Shown piece by piece: positions 46,691-55,150 of a DNA stretch of 64,000 bases. The stretch is taken from positions 186,001 through 250,000 of the IMG/VR virus record IMGVR_UViG_3300028558_000016; one strand, 5' to 3'. Within the stretch, counting starts at the first letter, position 1. Each line of letters starts with the position of its first letter. The notes under the pieces were generated by a model. The model saw only the letters and a list, made by a program, of their open reading frames with translations. It was not told the origin of the DNA and made no database searches. The position numbers and the translations under genes were made by a program.

Positions 46691-48196
46691 ATGTCGTCAA
46701 CCGCAGAAAAAACAAAGAAAAAAAACGACGAAGCCAAGGAAATCATCAACGACGTGTTGAAAAATGGCAAAGTTAAGAAGGACTTCTCTAAAGCAGAAGT
46801 AACGAGAGGAGAAACCAGCAAAATCATCCTGCCTGAAGGCATGCCGTTGGAAACAGCAGCAGAGTGGATCAAGCGTCAAATAATCATGGAAGAGAAAGTT
46901 GTTACTTTCCACCAGGGTTTGAGAGCTTATCCTCTTGATGGGGCTTACGCGCTTTACCGTGCGATTGTCGACATCTTCGGATATGTTGATCTTGCGAAAG
47001 AAGAAGGGCCTTCAAGCTCAACTCCTCCGCACATGATCGGAATTAAGTTACCGGATGGAAGTAGCATTCAGGTTCCTTGGGGTCGCATGCAGTTCCCTGG
47101 TCTTGACAAGGAATCTTTCTTGGAGACTAAATACAACAACCAAAAAATGGAATTCGAGATCCACGGACAATTCCGTAAAAAATTCGAGCCGGTTGTTGCG
47201 CGTATCGCAGACAGGACAATGGAAATCCTTCGCGACGAGTCGATCTACAAAGGACAAGCAATTAAGGTTGACCTTGCCTGGATCGCTAACAACGAATTTC
47301 CTTCGGATCCTAAGTTCTTAAAGGACATCATGAACATTAAGGATGAAGATGTTCTTATGAACGAAGCAACAAAATCAAACTACGGAACATCCGTATTGTT
47401 GCGTATCCAACGCTCTAAACTTTGCATTAAGAAAGGCATTCCATTGAAACATGGTTGCTTACTTGCTGGACCTTACGGTACCGGTAAAACCTTAACTGCA
47501 AAATGGACAGCTAAGAAAGCAGTTGAGAACAACTGGACTTTCATTTACCTTGAAGATTGCCGTCAGATGAAAGATGCTTTGCGCCTTGCAGAAATGTACG
47601 CGCCAGCAGTTGTGTTCGCTGAAGACATCGACAAAGCAATGGAAGGTGGACGTAGCACTCAGATGAATGAGATCTTAAATACCTTGGACGGTATCGATAC
47701 TAAATCGAATCCAATCATCACCATCCTAACAACCAATCACATCGACAATATCAACCCGGCGTTTTTACGTGCAGGTCGTATTGACAGCCTCATCCAAATG
47801 AGAGCTCTTGATGTGGAAATGGCTGCTCAATTCATTAAGAATTTTGGAAAAAATTCTGATGGAGAAAGCGTGTTAGCTGACGATGACTACTCAAAAGCAG
47901 CACAAGCATTAACCGGAATTGTTCCTGCCTTCGCAAGCGAGGTAATGAACAAAGCGAAAATGAATGCTCTTTACAGAGGTGGAGAAGAAGAGAAAATCAA
48001 CAACGAAGACATCGTTGCGGCAGCTCTTTCATTCAAGGAACACATCGCCTTCACTGAGGGTGCTGTTGAGAAATCACCATTGGAGAAACTTGGTAGCGCA
48101 GCAGCGACATACTGGGATCTTGTGGTACAATCAAAGAACCTTGCTGACACTGTGAATTCAACAAAAGCCGCGGCTCCTGTAGCTAAAGGCAAATAA
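46691..48196 (+). CDS. AAA+ ATPase
   Basis: GPYGTGKT, VFAEDID, TTNH, RAGRID. Confidence 0.9.
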   Translation: MSSTAEKTKKKNDEAKEIINDVLKNGKVKKDFSKAEVTRGETSKIILPEGMPLETAAEWIKRQIIMEEKVVTFHQGLRAYPLDGAYALYRAIVDIFGYVDLAKEEGPSSSTPPHMIGIKLPDGSSIQVPWGRMQFPGLDKESFLETKYNNQKMEFEIHGQFRKKFEPVVARIADRTMEILRDESIYKGQAIKVDLAWIANNEFPSDPKFLKDIMNIKDEDVLMNEATKSNYGTSVLLRIQRSKLCIKKGIPLKHGCLLAGPYGTGKTLTAKWTAKKAVENNWTFIYLEDCRQMKDALRLAEMYAPAVVFAEDIDKAMEGGRSTQMNEILNTLDGIDTKSNPIITILTTNHIDNINPAFLRAGRIDSLIQMRALDVEMAAQFIKNFGKNSDGESVLADDDYSKAAQALTGIVPAFASEVMNKAKMNALYRGGEEEKINNEDIVAAALSFKEHIAFTEGAVEKSPLEKLGSAAATYWDLVVQSKNLADTVNSTKAAAPVAKGK

Positions 48197-48214
48197 GAAA
48201 TCACATTTCTAATT

Positions 48215-48244
48215 AAAAGGGGGCCATTTCTGGTCCCCTTTTTT
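48215..48244 (+). terminator. Rho-independent terminator
   Basis: aaaagggggcca/tggtccccttttt stem with U-tract. Confidence 0.75.
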
Positions 48245-48269
48245 GTTTTTACTTGACAGATATTATTAG

Positions 48270-48277
48270 TATATTTG
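48270..48277 (+). promoter_or_regulatory. Bacteroidota -7 element TATATTTG
   Basis: Exact TAnnTTTG after a terminator. Confidence 0.55.
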
Positions 48278-48320
48278 CATATTAAACGTAATACAAATGG
48301 CAGGCAACTAATTAAAACAA

Positions 48321-49097
48321 ATGGCAAAAATAAGAAAGCTTATTCTTGAGAGGAACAAAAAAATAAAACGCAAATACCTCAAGGAAACAACTGCAGGAAA
48401 AGACTCGGATGCCGTGATGGACGAACTTGCTAAACAGCATGACATTGGAAGATTTTATATTCGTACTATTCTGAAAGAAGAAGGAATAGAGATTGAAAGA
48501 AAAACAGAGTACGAAAGAAGCGACAAGGAAAAGCTTAACAAGAGAGACCAGGACATTATTGATTTGTTCAACACGGAAGTCGACCCTGACGATATTGCAA
48601 AAAAATTCAAACTAACTCCAACGAGAGTAAGGCAGATTCTTCGTGCCAAACTTGGAAAAGCATTCAAGGTACCAAAGCTAAAACTCAAGCTTGAGGAAAT
48701 AAAAAAAGAACTTGAGCAGGGAGTTCCATACGACACTATAGTCGATAAATATGGAAAGAATGTAATCAAGCAAATAAAATACAATCTCAGTTATAACATA
48801 TTCAAGAAATCTCTCGAATACAAAATAAAAGACATTGTGTCAATGGCTAAAAGCGGTGAGGCTCCAAAAAAGATTGCAGACAAACATCGTGTGACGTTGA
48901 ATTATACTTACATGATACTTCACGACAATGGAATACGTTCTAAGATCTCAAAAGACGATAAAGAAAAGAGAGACTTGAAAATATTCAATGCAAGCAAAAA
49001 GAAAAGCGTGGACGTCATAGCAGAAGAATTTGAATTGACTCCTACAATGGTGCGAATAATAATTTCTAAAATGAAACTAACTAAAACCCCTAAATAA
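48321..49097 (+). CDS. Tandem helix-turn-helix DNA-binding protein
   Basis: Repeated IA-x3-(F/H)-x-LT-x3-V-x2-I units. Confidence 0.7.
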   Translation: MAKIRKLILERNKKIKRKYLKETTAGKDSDAVMDELAKQHDIGRFYIRTILKEEGIEIERKTEYERSDKEKLNKRDQDIIDLFNTEVDPDDIAKKFKLTPTRVRQILRAKLGKAFKVPKLKLKLEEIKKELEQGVPYDTIVDKYGKNVIKQIKYNLSYNIFKKSLEYKIKDIVSMAKSGEAPKKIADKHRVTLNYTYMILHDNGIRSKISKDDKEKRDLKIFNASKKKSVDVIAEEFELTPTMVRIIISKMKLTKTPK

Positions 49098-49579
49098 TGG
49101 CTCTCGAAATAGAAAGACGAATATTGCTTAAAAACATCCCTCTTCCAATATTTGAATTTGACGAACATCAAGTCATTCGTCAATTTTATGCTCCAACTGG
49201 AAGATTGAGAGAAGTTTCCATTATCAAAGGGAAAAAATGTTTGACTAAATACATCAGAACAAACAAGACTGCTATATCTGAAGGTGTTAACGATGAAAAA
49301 GAAGAAGAGATTTCCAAAAAACAATTCTATAAGGAAATAAAAAGATCCACACGAGCTCTGACCAAGATCAGATACATCAAGAAGGTTGGAAAATATAAAT
49401 GGGAAGTGGATGTTTTTGATTTCAAACTTGTCATCGCTGAAATAGAAGTAAAAACAAAGAAAGAATTGAAGACTGTGAAAATTCCAGGCTTCATCAAAAA
49501 AGTAATGATCAAAGACATCACCGGAGAAAAACCATTCTCCAATTTTAATTTAGCAGATAAGTGGAAAAAGAAGAATTAA
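49097..49579 (+). CDS. CYTH-domain protein
   Basis: EIERRIL; LTKIRY; WEVDVF; VIAEIE. Confidence 0.85.
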   Translation: MALEIERRILLKNIPLPIFEFDEHQVIRQFYAPTGRLREVSIIKGKKCLTKYIRTNKTAISEGVNDEKEEEISKKQFYKEIKRSTRALTKIRYIKKVGKYKWEVDVFDFKLVIAEIEVKTKKELKTVKIPGFIKKVMIKDITGEKPFSNFNLADKWKKKN

Positions 49580-49926
49580 TAAAACATGCAGATCAGGAAT
49601 TGCAATGGTTAAGATATTATGCTCTCGCAGATGTAGATCAAAAAACGTATCCTAACAAAAATGGTCGTAACAATTTCGACCCTAATAGATCTCCTTATGA
49701 TCAATTAGTAAGCATCGGATATACTAAAAGAGTGATTGGTCTCGATAGAAGATGTGCATTCATGCGTGTCACAGCAGAAACCCCTCTGATAGAAACCCCT
49801 CTAAGCAATATCGTAGATGCAGGTGGTGAACCAAGAAACCCAGATAAAAATATTTTAAGCGCTTTAGAAATATTATTGCTCAAATGTCCTGAAGAGCATG
49901 AGAGAATAGTAAATTACCTCAAATAA
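49561..49926 (+). CDS. Hypothetical protein
   Basis: ORF with GTG start. Confidence 0.55.
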   Translation: MEKEELIKHADQELQWLRYYALADVDQKTYPNKNGRNNFDPNRSPYDQLVSIGYTKRVIGLDRRCAFMRVTAETPLIETPLSNIVDAGGEPRNPDKNILSALEILLLKCPEEHERIVNYLK

Positions 49927-49928
49927 CC

Positions 49929-49957
49929 GAAACAAGGTTTCTTCATCCTGGTATAAC
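49929..49957 (+). promoter_or_regulatory. Putative early/middle promoter GAAACA-N17-TATAAC
   Basis: Motif shared with 21459 and 38045. Confidence 0.5.
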
Positions 49958-49973
49958 TTCAAAACATACCAAG

Positions 49974-50423
49974 ATGAAAGAAGTAAAAATCTTTAAATTA
50001 CGAAGCGTAAAAACCCCTCAAAGGGGAACACCTAAATCGGCGGGAATAGATTTCTTTATCCCGGACGATTTTCCAAGAACAGAACTGTTGCCTCATCAAT
50101 CGGTATTAATACCGTCAGGCATCAAAGTAAAATTACCAGAAGGTTATGCACTTGTTGCAAACAACAAATCTGGAATTGCATCAAAAAAACAATTGATCAT
50201 TGGCGCTTCCGTCGTCGATGAAGATTATCAAGGAGAAATTCATCTCAACCTCATCAACACAGGACACGTGAATGCAATCATCGCACCAGGCGATAAAATC
50301 ATTCAATTCCTTCTTGAAAAACAAGAATATGCTTCTGTTATTGAAGTTGGTTCTGAGGATGAATTATTTAATGGCGTCGTAACAGAAAGAGGCGCAGGCG
50401 GATTTGGTTCTACTGGAGTTTAA
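49974..50423 (+). CDS. dut: Trimeric dUTPase
   Basis: SAGIDF, KSG, VVDEDYQGEI, ERGAGGFGSTG. Confidence 0.95.
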   Translation: MKEVKIFKLRSVKTPQRGTPKSAGIDFFIPDDFPRTELLPHQSVLIPSGIKVKLPEGYALVANNKSGIASKKQLIIGASVVDEDYQGEIHLNLINTGHVNAIIAPGDKIIQFLLEKQEYASVIEVGSEDELFNGVVTERGAGGFGSTGV

Positions 50424-50440
50424 CTAAAAAAATTAATCAC

Positions 50441-51085
50441 ATGGGAAATGACGTTTGGGGAGGAAAACCCGGCATGGAAGCCGAGGATAAAAAATCTGTA
50501 ACTACGCCAATAGTAAGCGCAGGAAGCAGTGATAGAGTAGATTCACTTGGATCTAAAATTTTCTTTTATTCTTCGGTTGTCGAAGATAAAATTCTTGATC
50601 TCAATAAACACTTGCATGAAATATCTGGAAAGATGGCTGCAAGAAATTTTGAAAATTCTTTAGGCGACAATGCTTTAATTACAACACCCATAATGTTGCA
50701 CATTAAATCTTATGGTGGTTCAGTGTTCGCAGGACTTGCTGCAATGGATACAATCATTGATATTAAAAAGAGAGTTCCAGTTTACACAATTGTAGAAGGA
50801 TGTGCAGCAAGCGCAGGAACTTTTCTTTCTTGTGTTGGTACAAAAAGATACATGCGCAAACATGCATGGCTGTTAATTCACCAATTGAGTTCTGGCTTCT
50901 GGGGAAAATACAGCGAGATAAAGGATGAAGTAGAAAATCTCGATCGTTTAATGGAAACAATCAAGAAGATTTACAAGGAGAATACAAAGGTTCCTATGAA
51001 GGAACTTGATGGCATTCTTAAAAGAGACATTTGGTGGGATGCGCAGACTTGTTTGAAGTATGGATTAATAGATGAAATAATTTAA
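50441..51085 (+). CDS. clpP: ClpP-like serine protease
   Basis: SYGGSV, AASAGT, LIHQLS, RDIWWDAQTCLKYGLIDEI. Confidence 0.85.
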   Translation: MGNDVWGGKPGMEAEDKKSVTTPIVSAGSSDRVDSLGSKIFFYSSVVEDKILDLNKHLHEISGKMAARNFENSLGDNALITTPIMLHIKSYGGSVFAGLAAMDTIIDIKKRVPVYTIVEGCAASAGTFLSCVGTKRYMRKHAWLLIHQLSSGFWGKYSEIKDEVENLDRLMETIKKIYKENTKVPMKELDGILKRDIWWDAQTCLKYGLIDEII

Positions 51086-51086
51086 T

Positions 51087-51389
51087 ATGGAAGAAAAAGA
51101 ATTGATAATACTCACACATTATGTGAATGTTGGGAGTTCATCTCCAGAAACAGCAAAGCGTATAATGGAAAGAACCGTAGAAATGGTTTTGAGCGAGGAT
51201 ACAGATCCATTGTATAGATTTAAACATTTTTTCTATCCTGTGAAAGATGAAGTCAATGCAAGAACAGAATGCATCTATCCTGTAAGACAAGGTCCAATGG
51301 GAATTCCTGGAGTTCCTGGAGATTATTTTGAATCGATTTTGAAAGACCTTGATAATAAGTACGAACAGCTTTTAGAAAAAATAGGATGA
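51087..51389 (+). CDS. Hypothetical protein
   Basis: ORF. Confidence 0.6.
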   Translation: MEEKELIILTHYVNVGSSSPETAKRIMERTVEMVLSEDTDPLYRFKHFFYPVKDEVNARTECIYPVRQGPMGIPGVPGDYFESILKDLDNKYEQLLEKIG

Positions 51390-52849
51390 TACTCGATATA
51401 GAAAAAAGACCTCACGAACTTGCATGCAGTTACTTCAATAAAGAAGGAACAATTGAATATGTAAGAATTCCAGTTCCATTGAACGAAAGATTCAATTGGT
51501 TAACTTGTAATGACACGGATAAGGACAAGGACGTAGAATGGAAAACGTGGGACGAAAATCCTGTAAAGAAGATAATCGTAAAAGATGCAACTAAACTTTC
51601 TAAGTATAGATGTGAAGAGGTTATTTATCAACATACACAAGCAAATCCCGACTCTCCGTTATTGGAGTTTAATGTTCCAAGAAAGTATTTCATAGATATT
51701 GAGGTTGAGGTTCTTGATGGATTTCCAGATCCTGACACAGCACAAAATAAAATAACTGCAATATCAATCGCAGGCGCTGATAGCAAAAGGATTTTTGTTC
51801 TTGGTCTTAAACCATTAACAGAAGCGCAATGTCACAAGATCGATGCCGACATCAACGGGCACTTTGCCAAGTTCGATGATAAATGGAATTTCCAATACAA
51901 GCAGTTTGATTCTGAGCATGACATGTTGGTTGAATTCTTTCAGAAGATATTACCTAACATGCCTTGCATAAGTGGATGGAATTTTTTCGGATACGATTGG
52001 AAGTACCTTCTTAACAGAGCTTACAAATACAAGGATGTAAAACCAGAGAGATGTTCTCCGTCGAATACTTTAATAACAAAAAGAAATTCCGGTAATTCAG
52101 GAATTCCACAACATAAGCTTATTGTGGATTACATGGAAATTTACAAGAAGTGGGATAAGGTTATCAAGGTAAGAGAAAACGATAAGCTTGATTATGTTGC
52201 CAAGATGGCAACAGGATTGGAGAAAATTAAATATCCAGGAAGCTTCACAGAGCTTTATGAAAGAGATTTTCAAAAGTTTATCTTCTATAACGCGGTCGAT
52301 TCAATTCTGGTTCATTACATCGATAAGAAGCTAAACACAATGTTGGCTTATCTTAAATTGGCACATGTTTCAGGAATAGAAATAAAGAAAGCATTCTCTC
52401 CTATTTGGATCATGGAAGCAATGATGAACAGAAAATTCCTTGACAGAAAACAAGTATTCGTTTATTTGGGTGGAGATGAAGAAGATCAAAAACCATTTGA
52501 TGGTGCGTATGTAAAAGAACCTTTGAGAGGATTTCACAATTGGGTTACATGTTATGACTTTGCATCTTTGTATCCTAATACCATGATGCAATTCAACATC
52601 AGTCCAGAAACATTTGTTGGAAATAACGTTGAGCCTAAAGAAGGTCAGATCAAGGCCGGTGAGCACGTCAATGAATTTGGAAAAACATCTTGGAGAGTTT
52701 TCGATAACAGCTCTGACTCCATAATGAGAGTAATTTTAACAGAGCTTTATGGAAAGAGAAAAGAAACGAAACAAAAGTACCTCTCTATTAATAAAGAGAT
52801 CGACGCTCTCAGCAAGTACATTTCAAAAGAACGATTAGAGAAAGCCTAA
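51386..52849 (+). CDS. Family B DNA polymerase, N-terminal half (gp43A-like: exonuclease + region II)
   Basis: FIDIE, GWNFFGYDW, YNAVDS, YDFASLYP, NISPET; ends after the first fingers helix, with no KxxxNSxYG or YxDTDS. Confidence 0.9.
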   Translation: MILDIEKRPHELACSYFNKEGTIEYVRIPVPLNERFNWLTCNDTDKDKDVEWKTWDENPVKKIIVKDATKLSKYRCEEVIYQHTQANPDSPLLEFNVPRKYFIDIEVEVLDGFPDPDTAQNKITAISIAGADSKRIFVLGLKPLTEAQCHKIDADINGHFAKFDDKWNFQYKQFDSEHDMLVEFFQKILPNMPCISGWNFFGYDWKYLLNRAYKYKDVKPERCSPSNTLITKRNSGNSGIPQHKLIVDYMEIYKKWDKVIKVRENDKLDYVAKMATGLEKIKYPGSFTELYERDFQKFIFYNAVDSILVHYIDKKLNTMLAYLKLAHVSGIEIKKAFSPIWIMEAMMNRKFLDRKQVFVYLGGDEEDQKPFDGAYVKEPLRGFHNWVTCYDFASLYPNTMMQFNISPETFVGNNVEPKEGQIKAGEHVNEFGKTSWRVFDNSSDSIMRVILTELYGKRKETKQKYLSINKEIDALSKYISKERLEKA

Positions 52850-53028
52850 TGGATCAAATTAACAAGGAAGAGTTTAAGAACATGGACATTTGGACAGGTA
52901 CTCAAATTCTGATTGACAAAATTAATCACCTCATGCAAGAGGTGGAAAAACTTAAAGAAGAAAACAAACAATTAAAAAACAACACCAACTATTATGAACA
53001 ATCATTATGTAGCAGTAGTCGCGTTTGA
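52849..53028 (+). CDS. Small coiled-coil protein (59 aa), not in the ORF track
   Basis: TAATG-coupled; MDQINKEEFKNMDIW... Confidence 0.5.
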   Translation: MDQINKEEFKNMDIWTGTQILIDKINHLMQEVEKLKEENKQLKNNTNYYEQSLCSSSRV

Positions 53029-53236
53029 GACAGAAAAACTCGATGGCGAAGGAAATCCAAAAACCAAGAAATCTAAATTCTTAATCGAAGGGGTGACTCT
53101 TTATGATGCACAGGAGAGCCTGATGGCTTACTTGAAGACAGATTCAAGAGGATGGGACGTTAAATCTATCTCAGAGGCAAAATTCGAGGACATCATCGGA
53201 CAAAAGAAAACTTCAAAGGTAGTAAAAATGGATTAA
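52994..53236 (+). CDS. DUF4494-like protein (Bacteroidota family)
   Basis: KTKKSKFLIEGVTLYDAQE...VKSISEAKFEDII pattern. Confidence 0.55.
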   Translation: MNNHYVAVVAFETEKLDGEGNPKTKKSKFLIEGVTLYDAQESLMAYLKTDSRGWDVKSISEAKFEDIIGQKKTSKVVKMD

Positions 53237-53261
53237 TTTGAATCGAATCGATTATTCCACG

Positions 53262-53296
53262 AAAACCTCCGGAAATTTATTTTTCGGAGGTTTTTT
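53262..53296 (+). terminator. Rho-independent terminator
   Basis: aaaacctccg/cggaggtttt stem followed by a U-tract. Confidence 0.75.
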
Positions 53297-53309
53297 ATTT
53301 TACTTTTTA

Positions 53310-53318
53310 AATATATAG
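53310..53318 (+). promoter_or_regulatory. Putative late promoter AATATATAG
   Basis: Recurring motif upstream of the holin-PAS gene. Confidence 0.5.
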
Positions 53319-53358
53319 TTCAGACCTTCCTATTATAGGTAACCAAAAATAAGGTCAA

Positions 53359-54207
53359 TTGCTTGTGAAAAATTTTTTAAACGGATTGTTAGATAAAGTT
53401 GTTACTAATTTCGGATTTGACTCAAACCATGATTTCTCCTCTTCCATGATGCATGCTAATTTGCTGTTCTTCACTATACCAGTTGCCTTCATATCTTCCT
53501 TTATAGAAAACTATTTTGGACTGCAGGCTGTTACCCTTATAGCTTTCGTGACGCTTATTGCACTGGAATTAATAACAGGAATAAGTTCTTCAAGAGTAAG
53601 GAAAATTCCATTACAATCAAAGAGGTTCAGCAGATTTGGTTTTAAGCTTGTTATTTGGTTCTTGATATTCTTCATCCTTCAAACCATGAAGCTTCAATAC
53701 AAGGACAATGCCGTCATAGGTGGAATATACAGTTGGCTGCACAGCAGCATCTTCATATATGTCACGCTTGAGTATTTGATCTCTGTTGTTGAGAACGTAT
53801 CTGTCATCACGGGAGATAACAACAACGTCATCCTGCACATGATAAAGGGAACTGTTGGAAAATACATGAAGGTTAAAGAGAATGAGGCGGAAGAGTTCTT
53901 CCAAGTAAACGATGAACTTTTATGTGTTCTGTCTGAAGAAGGTAAATTCAGAAAGGTAAATAAGGCATGGATGGAAGCACTTGGATACGATGAGAAATAC
54001 ATCCTCAATAAAAGCTTTAAGGAATTCGTTCATCCAGAGGATTTAAAGAAGACCAAGGAAGAATATGAGAAATTGAAATCATCTGGAACTATTTCAGGAT
54101 TGATAAACAGGTATAAGACAAAAGACGGCAATTACATCTATTTGTCATGGCACGCTAAAGGAGGTAAGAACGGAATGTTCTACTGCACCACAAAGGTCGT
54201 AATCTAA
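53359..54207 (+). CDS. Phage holin family 4-like membrane domain fused to a PAS domain
   Basis: LELITGI...RFGFKLVIW...LEYLISVVENV; then LCVLSEEGKFRKVNKAWMEALGY...FVHPED...RYKTKDGNYIYLSW. Confidence 0.75.
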   Translation: MLVKNFLNGLLDKVVTNFGFDSNHDFSSSMMHANLLFFTIPVAFISSFIENYFGLQAVTLIAFVTLIALELITGISSSRVRKIPLQSKRFSRFGFKLVIWFLIFFILQTMKLQYKDNAVIGGIYSWLHSSIFIYVTLEYLISVVENVSVITGDNNNVILHMIKGTVGKYMKVKENEAEEFFQVNDELLCVLSEEGKFRKVNKAWMEALGYDEKYILNKSFKEFVHPEDLKKTKEEYEKLKSSGTISGLINRYKTKDGNYIYLSWHAKGGKNGMFYCTTKVVI

Positions 54208-54223
54208 TTAACAAAATCATAAT

Positions 54224-54254
54224 AAGAGCCCTCGAAATTTCGAGGGCTTTTTTA
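54224..54254 (+). terminator. Rho-independent terminator
   Basis: agccctcga-aatt-tcgagggct followed by tttttt. Confidence 0.8.
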
Positions 54255-54278
54255 TTTTTATTATATTGCAATAAGCAA

Positions 54279-54698
54279 ATGATAAAAGATAAAAGTCCAT
54301 ACAACCTTCTACAAGAAATATATTGGCCTGATGAATGGAAGATACTTATCTGTTGCATGTTTTTGAATCAAACCGGAAGGAAACAAGTAGACGCAGTTAG
54401 GGTTTCATTCTTTAAGAAATGGCCAAACGCAAAGAAGGCAGCAAAAGCAGATCCTGGAGAAATGAAAGAGATGATAAGGTCTCTTGGATTTGTCAACAGA
54501 AGAACTATTTCCATCATTAAAATGAGCCAGGATTTCATCGAGAAGGATTGGAAGGAACCAAAGGAACTTTATGGAATTGGACAATACGGACAGGACTCTT
54601 ATGACATATTCGTGAGAGGAAACATAAGGATAAAAAATCCATCTGATCATGTATTGAAAATGTATTTAAAATGGGCTAAACAATATAAAACAAAATAA
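54279..54698 (+). CDS. MBD4-like HhH-GPD DNA glycosylase
   Basis: WKILICCMFLNQT; LYGIGQYGQDSY; PSDH with the catalytic Asp. Confidence 0.85.
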   Translation: MIKDKSPYNLLQEIYWPDEWKILICCMFLNQTGRKQVDAVRVSFFKKWPNAKKAAKADPGEMKEMIRSLGFVNRRTISIIKMSQDFIEKDWKEPKELYGIGQYGQDSYDIFVRGNIRIKNPSDHVLKMYLKWAKQYKTK

Positions 54699-54699
54699 C

Positions 54700-55062
54700 A
54701 TGGCAAAGAAGAAAATCAATCATGATTCCAAAGATTTCGTCACAGCATTAGGCATTGATAAGAATGACATAATAGATGCTGTGGAAACAGGATTTAAAAT
54801 GCACATGACTGAAGAAAAACCTTTAAGCGAATGCATACTGGAAGTGGCAAAGAAACTAAAGAAAGGTAGAAAACCTACTGATAATGATCTAAAGATGTTT
54901 TCTGCCGGGATGGTATTATCTACTGCTTTATCAAGCGTTAGGGGTGAACCTCTGGGCGCTTTACTTAAAAGTATGAAAAAGCGCCAGGATAATGACCTGG
55001 CATTCACCACGGATGACCTTCTAAAGTCTATTAGAGATGAAATGGATGGCCAGAAATCTTAG
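54700..55062 (+). CDS. Hypothetical protein
   Basis: ORF. Confidence 0.6.
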   Translation: MAKKKINHDSKDFVTALGIDKNDIIDAVETGFKMHMTEEKPLSECILEVAKKLKKGRKPTDNDLKMFSAGMVLSTALSSVRGEPLGALLKSMKKRQDNDLAFTTDDLLKSIRDEMDGQKS

Positions 55063-55150
55063 AAAATTATTTTAACAAATATTTTTTTATTTGAAATTTA
55101 GTTCGTACTTTTACAGTCCAAATCAGTTTAACAATTAAAAATAAATTATC

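Noticed and set aside
52849-53236. Continuation of the DNA polymerase by frameshift or readthrough
   Set aside because: The downstream ORFs I read (52849-53028 and 52994-53236) contain no PolB region III or region I motifs
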